Both the position numbers and the translations under genes were made by a program. This document shows positions 13,986 to 28,145 of a stretch of 64,000 nt of DNA, piece by piece. The DNA is from Callorhinchus milii (Eukaryota): positions 76,448,001 to 76,512,000 of the forward strand of contig NW_024704742.1 of NCBI RefSeq assembly GCF_018977255.1, in the 5' to 3' direction. The notes beneath the pieces were generated by a model, which did not search any database, had not been told where the DNA came from, and was given only the letters and a program-made list of their open reading frames with translations. Numbering within the stretch: the stretch's first letter is position 1; the number at the start of each line of letters is the position of its first letter.

Positions 13986-15239
13986 TCACTACACTTAAGA
14001 GTAAAATCCTGTGAAGTGCTTTGAGATTTTCTGATGAAGTAATGAGTTGCTCTACCAAATGAAATGCAAGGATTATTATTTTAATACAATTATTAAATTG
14101 GCCTTAGACCATTATGCCTTCCAATTCAAAAATTTACAATTATTTATAAAGAATGTACATCACGGAAATAGTCCTGTCCACGCCAGTGTTTATGCTCCAC
14201 ATGAGCCTCCACCCACTCCTTCATTTGGAGTATTATGTGTAGTTTGGGGCACAAAATCGTAGGAAGGATGTATCATCTTTGAAGTGTGTCCAGCAAAACC
14301 TAGGCTGAAAGGATCGCCTCCTATTGTTTTCTGAGGTAGAAATTCATCCCTCCAATTCTGTAATTTTCCTATTCTCACTACAACATAAGCTCCCTATGAT
14401 TTGAGGCACACTCTATCTTGACAAATCACTGTTACTGAAGCAGGTTTGTAAAAAGGCAACATTGCCCTCTGTTGTTGTAAAGTTGGAAGCACATTAAATC
14501 ATTCTTTGAAAGACAAGTTAATATCAATTTAGTAAATTTGATGTATATTTGTACCTCAGATAAATAAGGCAAACATACAGATGTCATTCATCATCATAAT
14601 TTTAATCTCTGTGAAATTTAAGTTAAAAGCCTATTAATATTTACAAATGCAACAATAAAAGACAAGAGTTTAGATCATGCTTTGTGCCAATAGAGACATT
14701 GAATAGCAGACATTATTGTACTTCCACTACGAGAGCACCACCTAGTGCTCTATGACAGACTGGTTTTAGAGATAGAACGATAGGCATGGTACAGAGCTTT
14801 ACAGCTCTTTATAGAGAGTATAAAGTATGAACTCATATTCCTGCCTACTCCCAAAATTGGCCTTAGACCTATCAGAAATTCAGAAATAGAACCAAAGTAA
14901 ATGCCCTTGTTTTTATATAAAAAATAAACAAATTCAAAAGCCTCTCACCATACACAGAGGCACATAAGTCACAGCCACCGCATCATTTTACTGTTACATC
15001 CCAAAGAATGTGCTGCCTCTTAAACCTTTGCTCCAACACATGCCCAGTGTAATGTTGATAATAGTACAGCTTCGTAATATTTATCAGATTGGTGGAACTT
15101 CCAAGGCATGGTCACATTACCAAACATCTGCTTCTGAAGCACAGTCACACCACCAAACATCTGCTTCATGGTCAATTAGAATATTAAGCAAGATGCCAGG
15201 ATTCTGGATTGGCTCAGTGAGGTGGAGTCTGTATCCTTG

Positions 15240-15810
15240 GATGGTGATTCTGTCAGTGCCTGAGATGTGGAGGTGCTGACGGGAGCTAATCAGGAGGTCT
15301 CAGTCTTGTTGACTTTCAACTATCCTTTCTACCCCATATCCGTGACATTACCTGCTCTGCCTTCCCCCACCTCCACAACATCTCCTGGCTATTGCACTGC
15401 CTCACCGCTCAGGCCTCGAAAATCCTCATCCATGCATTCATCACAACTAGGCTCGACTATGCCAACTCCCTGCTTGGTCAGCCTTCTCAACTCTTCCCTC
15501 CACAAGCTGCCGATCATCTAGAACTCTGTAACTGGTGCCCTCTCCCATACCAGGATACATGACACCATCACCCCCATCCTCGCCTGGGTCCACTGGCTCC
15601 CTGTACCCCAGAGGATAGAGTTCAGAATCCTAGTCCTCATCTTTAAGGCCTTCCATGGCCTTGCCCCTCTCTACTTCTGTGGCCTGCTGACCCCATATCA
15701 ACCTGTCTGCACCCTCCGCTCAGTAGGGTGGCCTGCTCGACACCCCCCGCCCAGCACCCTGCACTATTGGCGGTCGGGCCTTCAGCCATTCTGCCCCCAC
15801 CGTATGGTAC
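15240..15810 (+). mobile_element. L2 RT C-terminal fragment
   Basis: HAFITTRLDY-like, HWLPV and GGRAFS motifs at nucleotide level. Confidence 0.8.
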
Positions 15811-18800
15811 TCCATGATGGGGCACAGCACCTAAATTTAGATTTTTATTTCAACTCTGAAATCCCCTTTAAACTCACAAGCAGATTTCTTCACTGAATCT
15901 GAATCTCTTGGGACTTAAAGCTGTACTGTTTTCTTAAAAAATCTGTGCCATCTCTTTATAAGAAATATTTCCCAAAGCATTCTGAGATCCCGTAGTTGAA
16001 ATTTATGCAATCAGTCTTACAAAGGTAATAACTGTTTATTTGGGCTCTTCTGCCTTCCCAAAGAATAAAGGTTTGCAATAATTGATAATAATCCTTACGT
16101 TGGTAATTTCACGTCGGGAGGACGTCTCAAAGCACTTCACAGAAATTCCTGTAAAGTGGAGTGCCTGTGTGTTTTTTTAAAAGATTTGAGATGGGTGATC
16201 CTGTTTCAGTGATAGGCGACTGCCGCACTTTTGTTCATAAAATGCAGTCACTGCTGGGGTTCAAAGAAACAAAGTTCCTGAAGGAATATATAATTGGGAT
16301 GAAATGTCCACCAGATGTCACTATCTTTCACAAATGTCTTGTCAGGACCCTGCTTTACAAATATAACTATTCTTTAACACTTTGTGACACGATTTCTACA
16401 GCATGTATAGATTCTACAGTGATTCAGAAAAACACTGTTATTGATTAACCCTTGACTATCTAATCTGTCCCCAAGAGTGGACTTAATTTGTCCAGAGAGT
16501 AAGGGTATCAAATTGCTCCTGTAGCTGAGACATTCACTGCAATTACTTATGCTGAATAAGACTACAATATTGAAATAGGTAATGCTTCATATCTCACATT
16601 ACATATGCTCCCTTAATGGTTCAATGAAGTTACTGCCAGAGTGTAACAGCCATCCGAACCAAAATGGTCAGACACCTGAGTGTTACTAGCTGAATCATTT
16701 TTCAATAATACCAATTATACATATATCTTAGTTCTTCAAAGGTTATTGCTATAAAGTGGAGTGATTATATTTGTAGGCAAACACAGTCACCAATGTTTCC
16801 ACAGTAGAATCCCATCAACAGTAAATGAAGTCTCATGCTCCCCACATCCAAGTAATGGAACTATCGCTCAATGGGTAGGAGTGTGGCCCAAACTGTGGTC
16901 AGGAGGATGGTGCTTTCATGGATTTCATGCTGAGTTGTGCTCACCCAGGGTTCCCGGTGCCTGCTACATGCACCCAGTGAAGCCTTGAACCTGAGTATGC
17001 TGGATATCAAATGATCAACTTGTTTTTGAGTAATTTGTGGCTGTGCCTACATCAAGGGCAGAACATGTTTCTAAAATTAATGATTCAACTGCTGAAATTT
17101 ACTTGGACTTTACAAAGGGTATCTAATGGACTATCACACAGTGTTGCAAAATAAGCAGCTCTCCGCTCAGCCCTATGTTAGTGAAGTAATAAATGCCGAG
17201 TTCTGTCAGAAGATCACATAGTTCTGTGAAGGGATCTGAACTCTAACCTCAATTTTGGAATGATATTGTTTGATTGTGTTTACGGTCACCTCCCCACTTC
17301 CTCTCGCCCTGGCTCAGGGTCAGACTCCACCACTGTCAAGTGCTCCGAGATGCTACTCCACATGGAGGAGCTATATAAATGCAAGTTGTTTTTGATATAT
17401 GGGATGTCACAATGTGTTACATAAGGTGGAGCAATATGACTACTGACTCTCTGCTTCCCTTCTACAGCTACAGGATTAAAAGCTGTTTATTTTTAGAAAT
17501 GATCCTATCAAATGTTCTACCCTCCTCCTACCCTGAAAGGATTGAGATTCCTCATTCCTTCCACTGGTGTACTTTCCAAGACACAAGTCGCTCTCTGGCC
17601 TTTATTCGTACATGAATCTTGAACAGTGAATGTTACAGGATATTCAACCTGTGGCGGCATGTCACAGCTGAACACGATCCTCCCTCTCTCACCGGACATG
17701 TCTTGATAGAGGACATTAGGAGAAACCCTAATAAATTGCCCCCTCTCCAATACAGAGGTGCTGGGCCAATTATGGTGCTTCAACTACTGCTCCAATCAAC
17801 ATCAACCCAGTATTTAAACCATTGACGCGGTCTATGAAGTCCAGTGCTGCATTGGAAGATGCCTTCACCATTTGGCAGTTTGGAAGCTAACGGATTTATT
17901 TGATAAAAATGTGATACCTCTCAGAATTTATATGATCAACTCTAGCATTGTCATTATTTGTGATTTGGAGTTGTTATATATGATATAACAATTCCCTCAA
18001 TGTTGGAGTTGTTATATCATGTTTGATGTTCATAGAAATCATAGAAATTTCACCACGGAAAGAGGTCGATGAATCTGGTAAGACTACGCTGAAGTGAGCT
18101 CCTATCAATACCAGTCTTGTCTTCCTGGAATCCCAATTCCATACCATTTCCCAGTTACCTTAACTGTATTGTATTGTTTTTCTTGAAATATTTATCCAAA
18201 TAATACTTATTCAGTGTATAAATGAATGTACTGTGTATTGTAAAGATGAATTGAAATAAAGAGCCTGATATCTGAGTATGTGTAACTGCGTGTGTGTGTG
18301 TCTCTCTCTCCTCATACTTACTCGGATCACATCTCTTCCCCTCATGCTGCAGCTAGAGTAAAGGTTAGATTGTGTGCATAAAAACATAGCAGCCCGTCTC
18401 TGCATCTGCAGCCAAGTCCAGGATTATCTGGTGTACATAGCAGTGTTTGATTGTACTTTTGAATCTCAATGGTCATTTAAACACACTTCAGATTCAGTCA
18501 AGCTGCAGAAGATACATAACAACAACCACTTATACTTATATATCGTTCTTCCAGTGGGTAGGGTATTGCATCCTTAACAGTGGCAGAACTTGACGCCAAG
18601 CTGGGGAGAGGGGGAGGTGGCCGTAAGCACAGTCAAAGAGGAAGGTGTTCAGGTTTGATCTGAAGATGAGAGAAGAAGGAAGAGGCAAGGCTCAGGGATT
18701 GAGACAGAGCCTCACACCTTGTGAAGGGGCAGTATTGCTGCATTGATATGTTCCTGGCATTGGTCATATTACAATTTTAACTTGCAAGTGAAAGTTGCTG

Positions 18801-18843
18801 TGAGTTTCAAATCATCTGTTAGGCTGACTTGATTTCCCAGACA

Positions 18844-20360
18844 ATCATAGAATCATAGAATCATACAGCACAGAAAGAGGCCATTCGGTCCATCGTGTCT
18901 GCGCTGGCTCCGAATAGAGCGATCCAACTCAATCCCACTGGCCCACTTTCTCTCCATAGCCCTGCAATCTTGTCCTCCCCAAATATCCATCTATTTCTCT
19001 GTTAAAAGTTGTTATTGAATTGACTTCCACTACCCTTTCAGGTAATGCATTTCAGATTGAAAAAACTCACTGGGTGAAATTCTTTTTCCTAACCTCCCCT
19101 CTGTTTCTTTTGACAACTAACTTTAATCAGTGTCCTCGGGTTACTGACCCACATGCCAGTGGAAACAGTTTTTCCCGGTTCAACCTATCAAATCCTCTCA
19201 TGATCTTGAAAACCTCTATTAAATCCCCCTTGATCTTCTCTGCTTCAGGGAGAATAATCCTAGTTTTGCTAACATCTCCTCATAACTAAGGTCCTTCATT
19301 CCTGGTGCCATCCTGGTAAACCTCCTTTGCACCCTCTCCAATGCTCTTAACATCTTTCCTAAAGTGCAGTGCCCAGAACTGAATGCAGTACTCCAACTGA
19401 GGCCTAACCAGCATTTTATAAATATTTAACATAACCTCCTGACTTTTGAATTCTATGCCCCTATTTATAAAACCTAGTATCCCGTATGCTTTTTTAACAG
19501 CTTTATCTACCTGTCCTGCCACCTTCAGAGATTTGGTTATGTGGATCCCCAGGTCTCTCTGTTCATTTGCCCCCTTTAAGGTTGTACCATCTAGCTTATA
19601 CTGTCTCTCCTCATTCTTCCTATCAAAGTGCAACACTTTGCATTTCTCCACATTAAACCTCATCTGCCATGTTTCTGCCCATTTTACCAATCTGTCTAAG
19701 TCCTCTTGGAATCTGATACTATCCTACTCACCCCAACCAACCTCTGTGACCTCCTAACCCCCTACCAACCCGCCCGTTCCCTCCGCTCAGCCAGCTAGTC
19801 TTCTGTTGACTGTCCTTTATTAAACCATATTTTTCTAAGTGAGAATTTATATTGTCCCGGATTATTGTCTTCAGAAGTTTCCCTACTACTGATGTTAGGC
19901 TGATTGGCCTGTAGTTCTCAGGTTTATCCTTCTGCCCCTTTTTGTACAGAGGAGTAACATTTGCAACCTACCAGTCCTCTGGCACCACTCCAGTGTCCAA
20001 AGAGGATTGAAAGATGGTGGCCAGAGCCTCTGCTATTTCCACCCTTGCTTCCCTCAGTAACCTAGGATGCATCCCGTCCAGACCAGGTAACTTATCTATG
20101 TTGAGCACCGACAGCCTTTTTAGTACCTCCTCTCTGTTGATTTTTATCATATCCAATTTCTGTTCACATGCCTGTAATATTGTGGCATTGGTTGCATCGT
20201 CTTCTTTTGTGAAGACAGTTGCAAAGTACTTATTTAGTACATCAGCCATGCCCTCTGCCTCAACAAGAAGATTTCCACTTGTTCGTAATACATCAGAAAA
20301 AAATGAATTCACAATCATAGTATCATAGAAGGAGGCCATTCGGCCCATTGTGTCTGTGCT
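18844..20360 (-). mobile_element. CR1 LINE fragment (RT core deleted) plus an adjacent short CR1 tail
   Basis: WQMRFNVEKCKVLH, LVRPQLEYC.QFW, PGLDGMHPRLL, GVVPEDW; (ATTCTATG)n tail at 18844-18867. Confidence 0.93.
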
Positions 20361-22214
20361 GGGGGGCACAGCTGTCTCTCTCTGATATAACTGTTGACAG
20401 ATGTCGCATAACTATCAAATAACATATTTGGGTCCCCCGATCACTTAGAGGGTAAAAAGACCCTCTGGTTCAACATGAAGCCACAAAGACTAGGTCAAAG
20501 TTGAATGTTGGTTTGTGATGAGTTGCAATTGCTAAATAATCAAGTCAATTTTTACATTATATATATATATACAAATAAGCTGTACTACATAACACATAAT
20601 TCCTGCAATCATGATAATTCCCTTTAAATTATAATACAATAAAATACTTGCATTTGATATAGCTTCTCAACACGTCGCTGAGGCATCTCAAAGAGCTTCA
20701 CAGGATATTTCTGTGTAGTGACTATGCATTAGTAGATGAACGTGGCAGCCAATTTCCACACAGTGTTGACCCACAAATAGCCATGAAGAGAATGACCAAC
20801 TTTATTTGGGGATTTCCTGGCCTGAGCAGAATTTAGTCTTATTATAGAAATTAATTTCCTAATTGTTCACATCTCTCCTGCATGCAATATGATCCACCTT
20901 AAGAGGTTCTGCTTCTTACGGCCCAGTTAGTGAACCTTTCCGTGTCACTGCATACCAGCTTCTAAGATGGCAATTACACATTAACATGGCCACGTGATAC
21001 CAGTGCCATGGCAATGCATTTCACTCATTCCTCTCTCAAGACTAAAGTTCAAACAAGGGTTGATGACTTGGCTGTGGAAACTGGACTTTCCCAGAATAAA
21101 GCAGCAGATTAAACAGATTAAATAGATTTTGAACAGATTAAAAAGAACCCCCCCTATAAAAAGGATATCCACCCTAACAAAAAGCAACATAAATGAACCA
21201 CCATTGGAACTGCAACTTATTTCATTACAGTAGTAAAAGGGGGCAAATGTGTGTAATACAATTTAGCATCTTATATTCCTCTCTAAGGTAAAACATCTTT
21301 GAGCCTCAGCTAACAATTCTTTAGGAATCTCAATCCAAATGAATTAAATAATATTAATAATAATTATTGATAATCGTACCTTCCATTTTGGGAGGCTATC
21401 TCATATGCTTCACAGGATTTTAAAGTAAAGTGTAGTGACTGCGCATTTAACAGGCAAGCGCGGCAGCCAATTTGCACACAGCAATGTCCCGCAAACATTC
21501 ATGAAATGAATGATCAATTTTTTTCAGGGGTTTCTTGGCTAGGACACTGGAAGAAACTCCTTGTACCTTAAATTGCTTGACTCCAGCAGATAGAGGTTGA
21601 TCTACTAGTTTTTTGAATCACTGTGCTTTTATTTTGCACACTGATCATTTATAGCAAGTAATGGAAAATTTTCAGCTTACTGTTAACAAACTTACTGGCT
21701 GAATATAGGTGGTCACTGGGTGGATTCAGAAACATTCCAGGAAAGTCACACTCCCTTGTAATGCACAGACTTTACGTCACAGACAGGTTTTACAGGGCTC
21801 AAACAAGACACTCTTTGTGGACAGAATGTGATCTGTACCAAAACTATCAGTATGAAACATCCTAACAATAAGTCGCAAATCATCACAAAAACAGTAATAG
21901 CTAAAAACATTTTATGCAAATATTACTATTTTAAAAAATACATGGGTCAAAAATGTTTGTATTCCTAATGGCACTCTATGAATTAAATAAGGAACAACAT
22001 TAATTAATAATAATAAATGTGTTTTGATATTTTCCACCCCAACCTATTAATAATGGTAACATCTAAATCTACCTGGATTTACACTTAGTGTGGCCACAGT
22101 CTTTAAATCAGGAATAATCTTTCAGGCTACAGGATATTGATCTTTGTAGCTCAGATGCAAAAGCAGGTTTACATTTTTTCCGGTTTTGTCTCTTTCACTG
22201 TGGTTTGATTATGC

Positions 22215-22510
22215 ATGTGTCACTGTCTCACACCTATAGAGTCCGAGTGGTCAAGCATCACAATGCTGTCACCTATTGTAAACACATTGTTTGGTTCTCG
22301 AGAAACATCATTCTTATCCAAAAAGCACACGGCTATAGTTTCTGTCAGGGTCACTGGCTGATTTTAATTTCTCCTTCCCAAACCCAAAGCACCAAGGGCT
22401 CTACTATCCCCAACTGATCAGCCAGGTCAGCACAGATGAGGAATCAATCATAAGATGCCCCTACACTGTATGACTGTGTACTAAACCATGTGGTGCATTT
22501 ACATACTGAG
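22215..22510 (-). mobile_element. Fragment of an old SINE-like family (related pieces at ~800-925, 1275-1330 and 5805-5930 on +)
   Basis: The reverse complement shares catctgtgc..gacct..gatc..ag and aa(a)tcagcc with 810-905. It resembles a shark SINE recalled from memory; the family name is uncertain. Confidence 0.45.
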
Positions 22511-24770
22511 TGAATGTCCCTTCATGCCCTTGCACCTCCTACCTGTCCAACCTGCTTACCCCACATTCCACCACCCACTGCCTCCTGTTTGTCCCTCGTG
22601 CCCTCCGTTCCACCATTGGTGGCCGTGTGTTCAGCCACTATATCCTAAAACTCTGGAACTCTCTCCCTCAGTCCCTCTGCCTTGACCCCTCCCTCTCCAT
22701 GTTCAAATACCGTCTAAGACCTCCCTTTTTGATCGTGCTTACATTCACCTCCCCCTCCCTCTAGCTTGGGGTCACACTCCGCCACTGTAAAGCGCTCCAG
22801 GACACTATCCAGCAAAAAGGGCACCATATAAATGCAAGTTGTTGTTGAATATGTGAGCACCCAAAATAGCTATGTAGTAATATTGTACCATTAATTATCA
22901 GCACCTTTTGTAACCACAGAGCAATGTACACAGCAAGCTATGGAGACCAGCAATGAACTCTCATTTCTATCCCATTGTATAAAGTGCGACTGAAAATAAA
23001 ATCTCACCCAGTCAACAACTCTAATATATCCAACCACTCATCTTTAAAATCCTGCAAGGAACAGCAAACACACAGATTGTTGCATTAGAAACAAAGTAAG
23101 AGAATCATTTATTAAATAATATAACAATTTCATACTCCAAAAACACACACCCAAAATGAAACATATACCTGACTCTTCTCAACTAATCTGACTGGAAAGA
23201 CAGTTAAAGGCCAAATGGGTATTAAAGTGGCCGCACTACTATAGCCGACTTTGATACTCAAATTTGCTTTGTTTCACCCTATAGTCAGTCAGTTTATCGT
23301 CAAGTAGCATATTCAGCCTTATTGATTTTAAACAAGTACCATTGTTTGCAAACTAAGTTTACTTCAAGAAACGTGTCAAATGAAAACAGCGCTTTCTGAG
23401 CCATTTGACTATAAGTGTGTTATATATTCAGTAGGAGACCATGTGCAGCAAGTTAAATTCCTCAGGTATAAAGGTGCACCCAAAGCAGCATTTTCAAGCT
23501 GGGCTCTTGAAGCAAAGTATGCTTTGGCTTTCACTCTTGTTGAAAACAGATCTAATGAGCACTGTCCACTGCCTAAAGATCGTCATTCTTGGAAAGGCAT
23601 CCAGATGTGGCAATAGGAAGTCCAGGACTGCTGACGTGCAGTCCATTCAAATCACCAGTTTATGTAGTGAAATCCTTTTCTACTTCAAAACACACTGTTT
23701 TACAGTCCTTACAGTGAGCAGTATTTCATGAGTCAACATCGGTGAAGTACAAATAGCATAAGTTTTAGCAACCGTTAAGATTCCTTTAAAACTTAATAAG
23801 TTTATTTGTATTTTTTTAAGAGAAATTGATGTAAATCTTATTAAATGTAATATACCGTGTTTAAGGTCATCTTCTGGGACATCTCCACACACCCATATGG
23901 TTACAGGGTCTGATAGCAACCCTGACCTGCCAATAGCTCCACCGGTCTTGTGTGCAGGGGCCTGGGATTTCTCAGGCATGTGCATTTGAGACTCAGTTAA
24001 ACAGTGGGAAATGGCAGCCAATGTAGTATCCAATGCATGGTTCCTGATGCCATCTAGCTCACACTATTCCAGGTAGGAAAATGTGAGGCTTTGTTTACAT
24101 TCTGGAACTCATAATTTAAAGCCACTTCTAGCGCCCAGGCAAACTCCAGATCCCTGATTCCATGCAAACTCTGAACTAACATAATTGTGTTTTGGGGGTA
24201 GTGGGGTGGTGGGAGAATGGGGTCTATTAAAATCTAGGTATGGTGTCAACCATATTTCACAGGCCCCAAGGAGCTCAGTCTGGGCAGCAAACTCTTCGGT
24301 TTACAGGGCTTCTGGAGGGTTGCAGGTATCTCGGAGAAAGTCCTGTGAGGAACAAAGGACAAATGGAACGTAAGATGATGAGAAGTGGCTGTGTTCCTAG
24401 AACTCTTAGGGAAACTCTAGCCATTTTATCACAAGGTAAAATAATACAGCAAGATGTCACTCGCATCAATGCTCCACCAGAATAAATCAAAATGTGAACG
24501 AGAATCCATGATTCCGTGTTTTCATACACATATTTTAAAAGCACTTGTGGCTGAGGAAAACATTTTTCATCCTGTCCTCTCAGTTCAGATACATGGGCCG
24601 TAAGGCTTTAAGGTGTAAATCAATGATCAAATCTGGATAATGACCAATTATTGACTGTCCTCCTGGATTGGTTGTGGCTGGGGGTTGGGGGGGGATGGAA
24701 TCAGGATCTCCTTTGGAACTGAACTGGCTCCAAGGTTCTGAGCTCGGCAATGCAATGTCAGAATCGAGTC

Positions 24771-27700
24771 AACAACAACAACAACAACAAGATTGCATTT
24801 ATAGAGAGGACCTTCCACGTCGGGAGGACGTCCCAAGGCGCTGTACAGTTGGGTCGGGACCTGAGCAGAGGGGAAATGGTCAGGGTGAGGGGAGGGAAGG
24901 GAGGGAGCGAGGAGGGGGTAGAGAGTCGAGAGGGGAGCTGAAGGCACGGTCGAAGAGAAAGGTCTTGAGACCGGCCTTGAAGGAGGAAAGGGAGGAGGCG
25001 GCGAAGGTACTGGGGCATAGAGTTCCAGAGTCTGGGGCTGAGAGGCTGAAGGCCCGACCACCGATGGTAGGGCGGTTGGGGCGGGGGATGTGGAGCAGAC
25101 TGGAGCCAGAGGAACGGAGGGTACGGGCGGGTAGGTAGGGGGATAGTAGGTCGGAGAGGTAGGAGGGAGCAAGGCCGTGAATGGCCTTGTAGGTGAGGAT
25201 GAGGATCTTGAATTCGATCCTCTGGGGGATGGGGAGCCAGTGGAGGCGAGCGAGGGTGGGAGTGATGTGGTCGCGAAGCCTGGTGCGGGACAGTACACGA
25301 GCTGCAGAGTTCTGAATGACCTGCAGTGTGGAGGGAGGTGCCGGGAAGGCCGGCGAGGAGAGAGTTCCCGTAGTCCAGCCTTGAGGTGATAAAGGCGTGG
25401 ACCAGAGTTTCAGCAGCGTGAGGGGTGAGGTAGTGCCGTAGTCTGGCGATATTCCGGAGGTGATGGAAGGCGGTGCCAGTTGTGGTGCGGATATGAGGGA
25501 GAAAGGACAGCTCAGGGTCGAACAGAACCCGAGGTTCCTGATGGCTTTGAGAGGTGGAGAGTGCAGCCTTGGATGCTGATGCTGTCAGTGCCTGAGGTGC
25601 GGAGGCGCTGACGTGAGCCAATCAGGAGGGCCTCAGTTTTACGCACGTTGAGCTGAAGAAAGTTGTCTCTCGTCCAGGACTCGATGTCGGACAGGCAGCT
25701 GTCAGGACATCGGTGGTCGTGGAGTTGAGAGTAGAGGAGGAAAGGTAGAGTTGCGTGTCATCCGCATACATGTGGAAGTTAACTTAAATTAAATTAAATT
25801 GGTCATTTTCAATCTACGACTGTTTGTGGGACATTGCTGTGCGCAATTGGCTGCCGCGTTCGCCCACAAATATACAGTCAATTCACTTTACAGTGTGTTC
25901 TGTGAAGCGCTTTGGGATGTCCTCCCGACGTGAAAAGCACTATATCAAATGCAAGGATTATTATTATTATTATTATTAACCCCATGTCTGCGGATGATGT
26001 CACCATGGGGGAGCATATAGAGGGTGAAGAGAAGGGGACCGAGGATAGAGCCCTGAGGGGCACCGCACGAGACAGTGCGGGGGCTGGAGGAAAAGCCGTT
26101 CGTGGAAACAAAATGAAGACGGTGGGAGAGGTACGACCTAAACCACTCAAGGACAGGGCCTTGAAGGTTGAGGTGGGAGGACAAGTGGTGGAGGAGGATA
26201 GCATGGTCGACCGTATCGAATGCTGCCGAGTGGGACAGGTTGACGATGTCTGTGATATGTGGGGCAAGGAGGTGGAGCTGGGAGATAAGGAGTGGAGTGG
26301 GGATGGGGTCAAGGGAGCAGGTGGTGGGTTTCAGGGATAGGATGAGTTTGGTGACAGAGGGTGGGGAAACGGGTACGAAAGTGTGTAGGGGAGGATGGGT
26401 AGGAGTCGGAGTGTGGGAGGGAGGGGGTGGGGGGTGGGTGGATGTTGGAGGGGAAGTGACCGCGGAGCGAATTCCCTTGATTTTGGATTCAAGGAAATCC
26501 AGCATCTCCTCGCAGTGAAGGTTGGAGGAGATGACCTGTGCGGGGTGGCGGGGGGGACGGAGGAGTCGGGATGTGGTAGAAAACAGTAGCCTGGGGTTGT
26601 TCTTCGCCTCCAGGATTATCCTGGAGTAGAAGGACGACTTGGCCGAGGCTAGAGTGGAGCGGGAGATTTTGAGGAGGTCCAGCCAGATTTGTCGGTGGAC
26701 CGTTAGGCCAGATTTGACTCAGGTGCGTTCAGCGGCCCGCACCTGGCTCTTCAGTGAGTGGAGGTGGGTGGTGAACCAAGGGGAGGAGCAAGAGTAGGAG
26801 ACAGTGCGGGAGGTGATGGGGGCAAGAGTGTCGAGTGTGGAGGAGAGCGTTTTGTGGAGGAGGGTGAGAGGAGAAGAGGGGTCAGTGAGGGTTGAAGGCC
26901 AGAGGGAGAGGAGTTCAGAGGACTCCAAGGCAGCGGTTAGGGATTTTGGGGGTAACTTCTTCCAGGGGCGGTAGAAGATGGTGGTGGGTCTGGTGGAGGT
27001 GGGGAGGGGGGTGGAGGTGGTGAAGGAGATGAAGTGGTGGTCGGAGACGGCCTTGTCGGTGATAGTGACATCCGAGACACTGAGGCCCCGGGTGATCACC
27101 AAGTCGAGTGGGTGGCCGTGACTGTGAGTGGGGGAGTTGATGTGGAGGGAAAGGTTGAGCGAGGAGAGCAGGGAAGAGATGTCTGAAGAAATGGAGCAGG
27201 AGGGGGTGAAGTGCAGGTTGAAGTCGCCCAGGATGATGAGGCGATCAGAGCAGAGGCAGAGAGATGTAAGAAGTGTCGAAATATCAGAGATGAAGGTGGG
27301 AGAGGTTTTAGGGGGCCGGTAGAGGAGGAGGATTTTGAGTGAGAGGAAGGAGGGGTGGGAGAGGGTGAGGTGCTCGAAAGAGGGGAAAGAGCCAGAGGAG
27401 TAGGGGGATAGGGCAAGTGGTGTCCTTGAGATAAGGGCTACACCAACGCCATGACGGTTGGGGCGAGGGATGTGGTGGAGGGTGTAGCCGGGTGGTGTAG
27501 CCTCCGTGAGGGGGAAGGTGTCGCCTGGGGTGAGCCAGGTTTCCGTTAAGGCCATGATGTCAACGCTCTCATCAAGGATGAGATCGTTGATGACCAGGGC
27601 CTTGTTACAGAGGGAGCGGACGTTTTGTAGTCCGATGTGGAGGGAGCGGTTGACAGAAGGGTGTGTGGGGGGGGAGGGGGTTCCAGGTTGTGAGGCAGGG

Positions 27701-28145
27701 GTGGGGGAAATGGGGATGAGGGAGGAGAGGTTGGCTCCCCGGGTCTGTGTCCGGGGTGGCTGGCGAGTGTGGTGGGGAATGGGGCAGTCGGTGTGGCTGC
27801 TGCTGGACAGCCAACGCCGAGTGCCACGGTGAGCCCGGCGGAGGATTCCCAGGCTGGAACAGAGGGAGGTTGTGGGACGGTCAAGTGGGGATAGAAGGCG
27901 AGAGGGATGGAGAGAGAGGAGGACAGAGCGGGAGAGATGCAGAAGGGGAGGGTTTGGGCGTAGAGAGGAGGGAGGAGGGAGGGAGGGGGTGGGGGGGCTC
28001 GGGTCAAAGCGGCAGCCATAGTGCGCACGGGGGGACCGGGAGCGAGCGGTCAGGTGGATGGCATTATCCCATAGGCTGGGGCAGCCAACCCAACAGGACC
28101 ATGGTGGGCCCTGATGTGAACCCTGGTGGGGAGGGGCGCAGAGGG
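24771..28145 (-). mobile_element. L2-clade LINE, near full length, ORF2 disrupted
   Basis: APE domain (LQNVRSL, ALTETWL, YRPP, ILGDFN, PTH..GHPLDL, SDHH); RT pieces ([40 protein letters not shown]); (TTG)n tail. It has a premature stop at 26719, an internal RT deletion near 26235 and a SINE insertion. Confidence 0.95.
25784..25975 (+). mobile_element. 5'-truncated young SINE inserted in the L2 RT region
   Basis: Matches the 3' half of the SINE at 48032-48345; (TTA)n tail; TSD TTAAC at 25779-25783 and 25976-25980. Confidence 0.9.

Noticed and set aside
1..20000. Expected neighbouring EGF-family gene (areg/ereg/epgn) on the plus strand
   Set aside because: No EGF cysteine pattern, TM exon or AREG-like tail could be found. 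Exon-like stretches at ~2760-2838 and ~3315-3420 have no recognisable product.
22124..22330. Possible alternative coding last exon of btc (ERDKTGKNVNLLLHLSYKDQYPVA*)
   Set aside because: The acceptor lacks a polypyrimidine tract and borders an old SINE-like fragment, and the peptide has no similarity to BTC tails.
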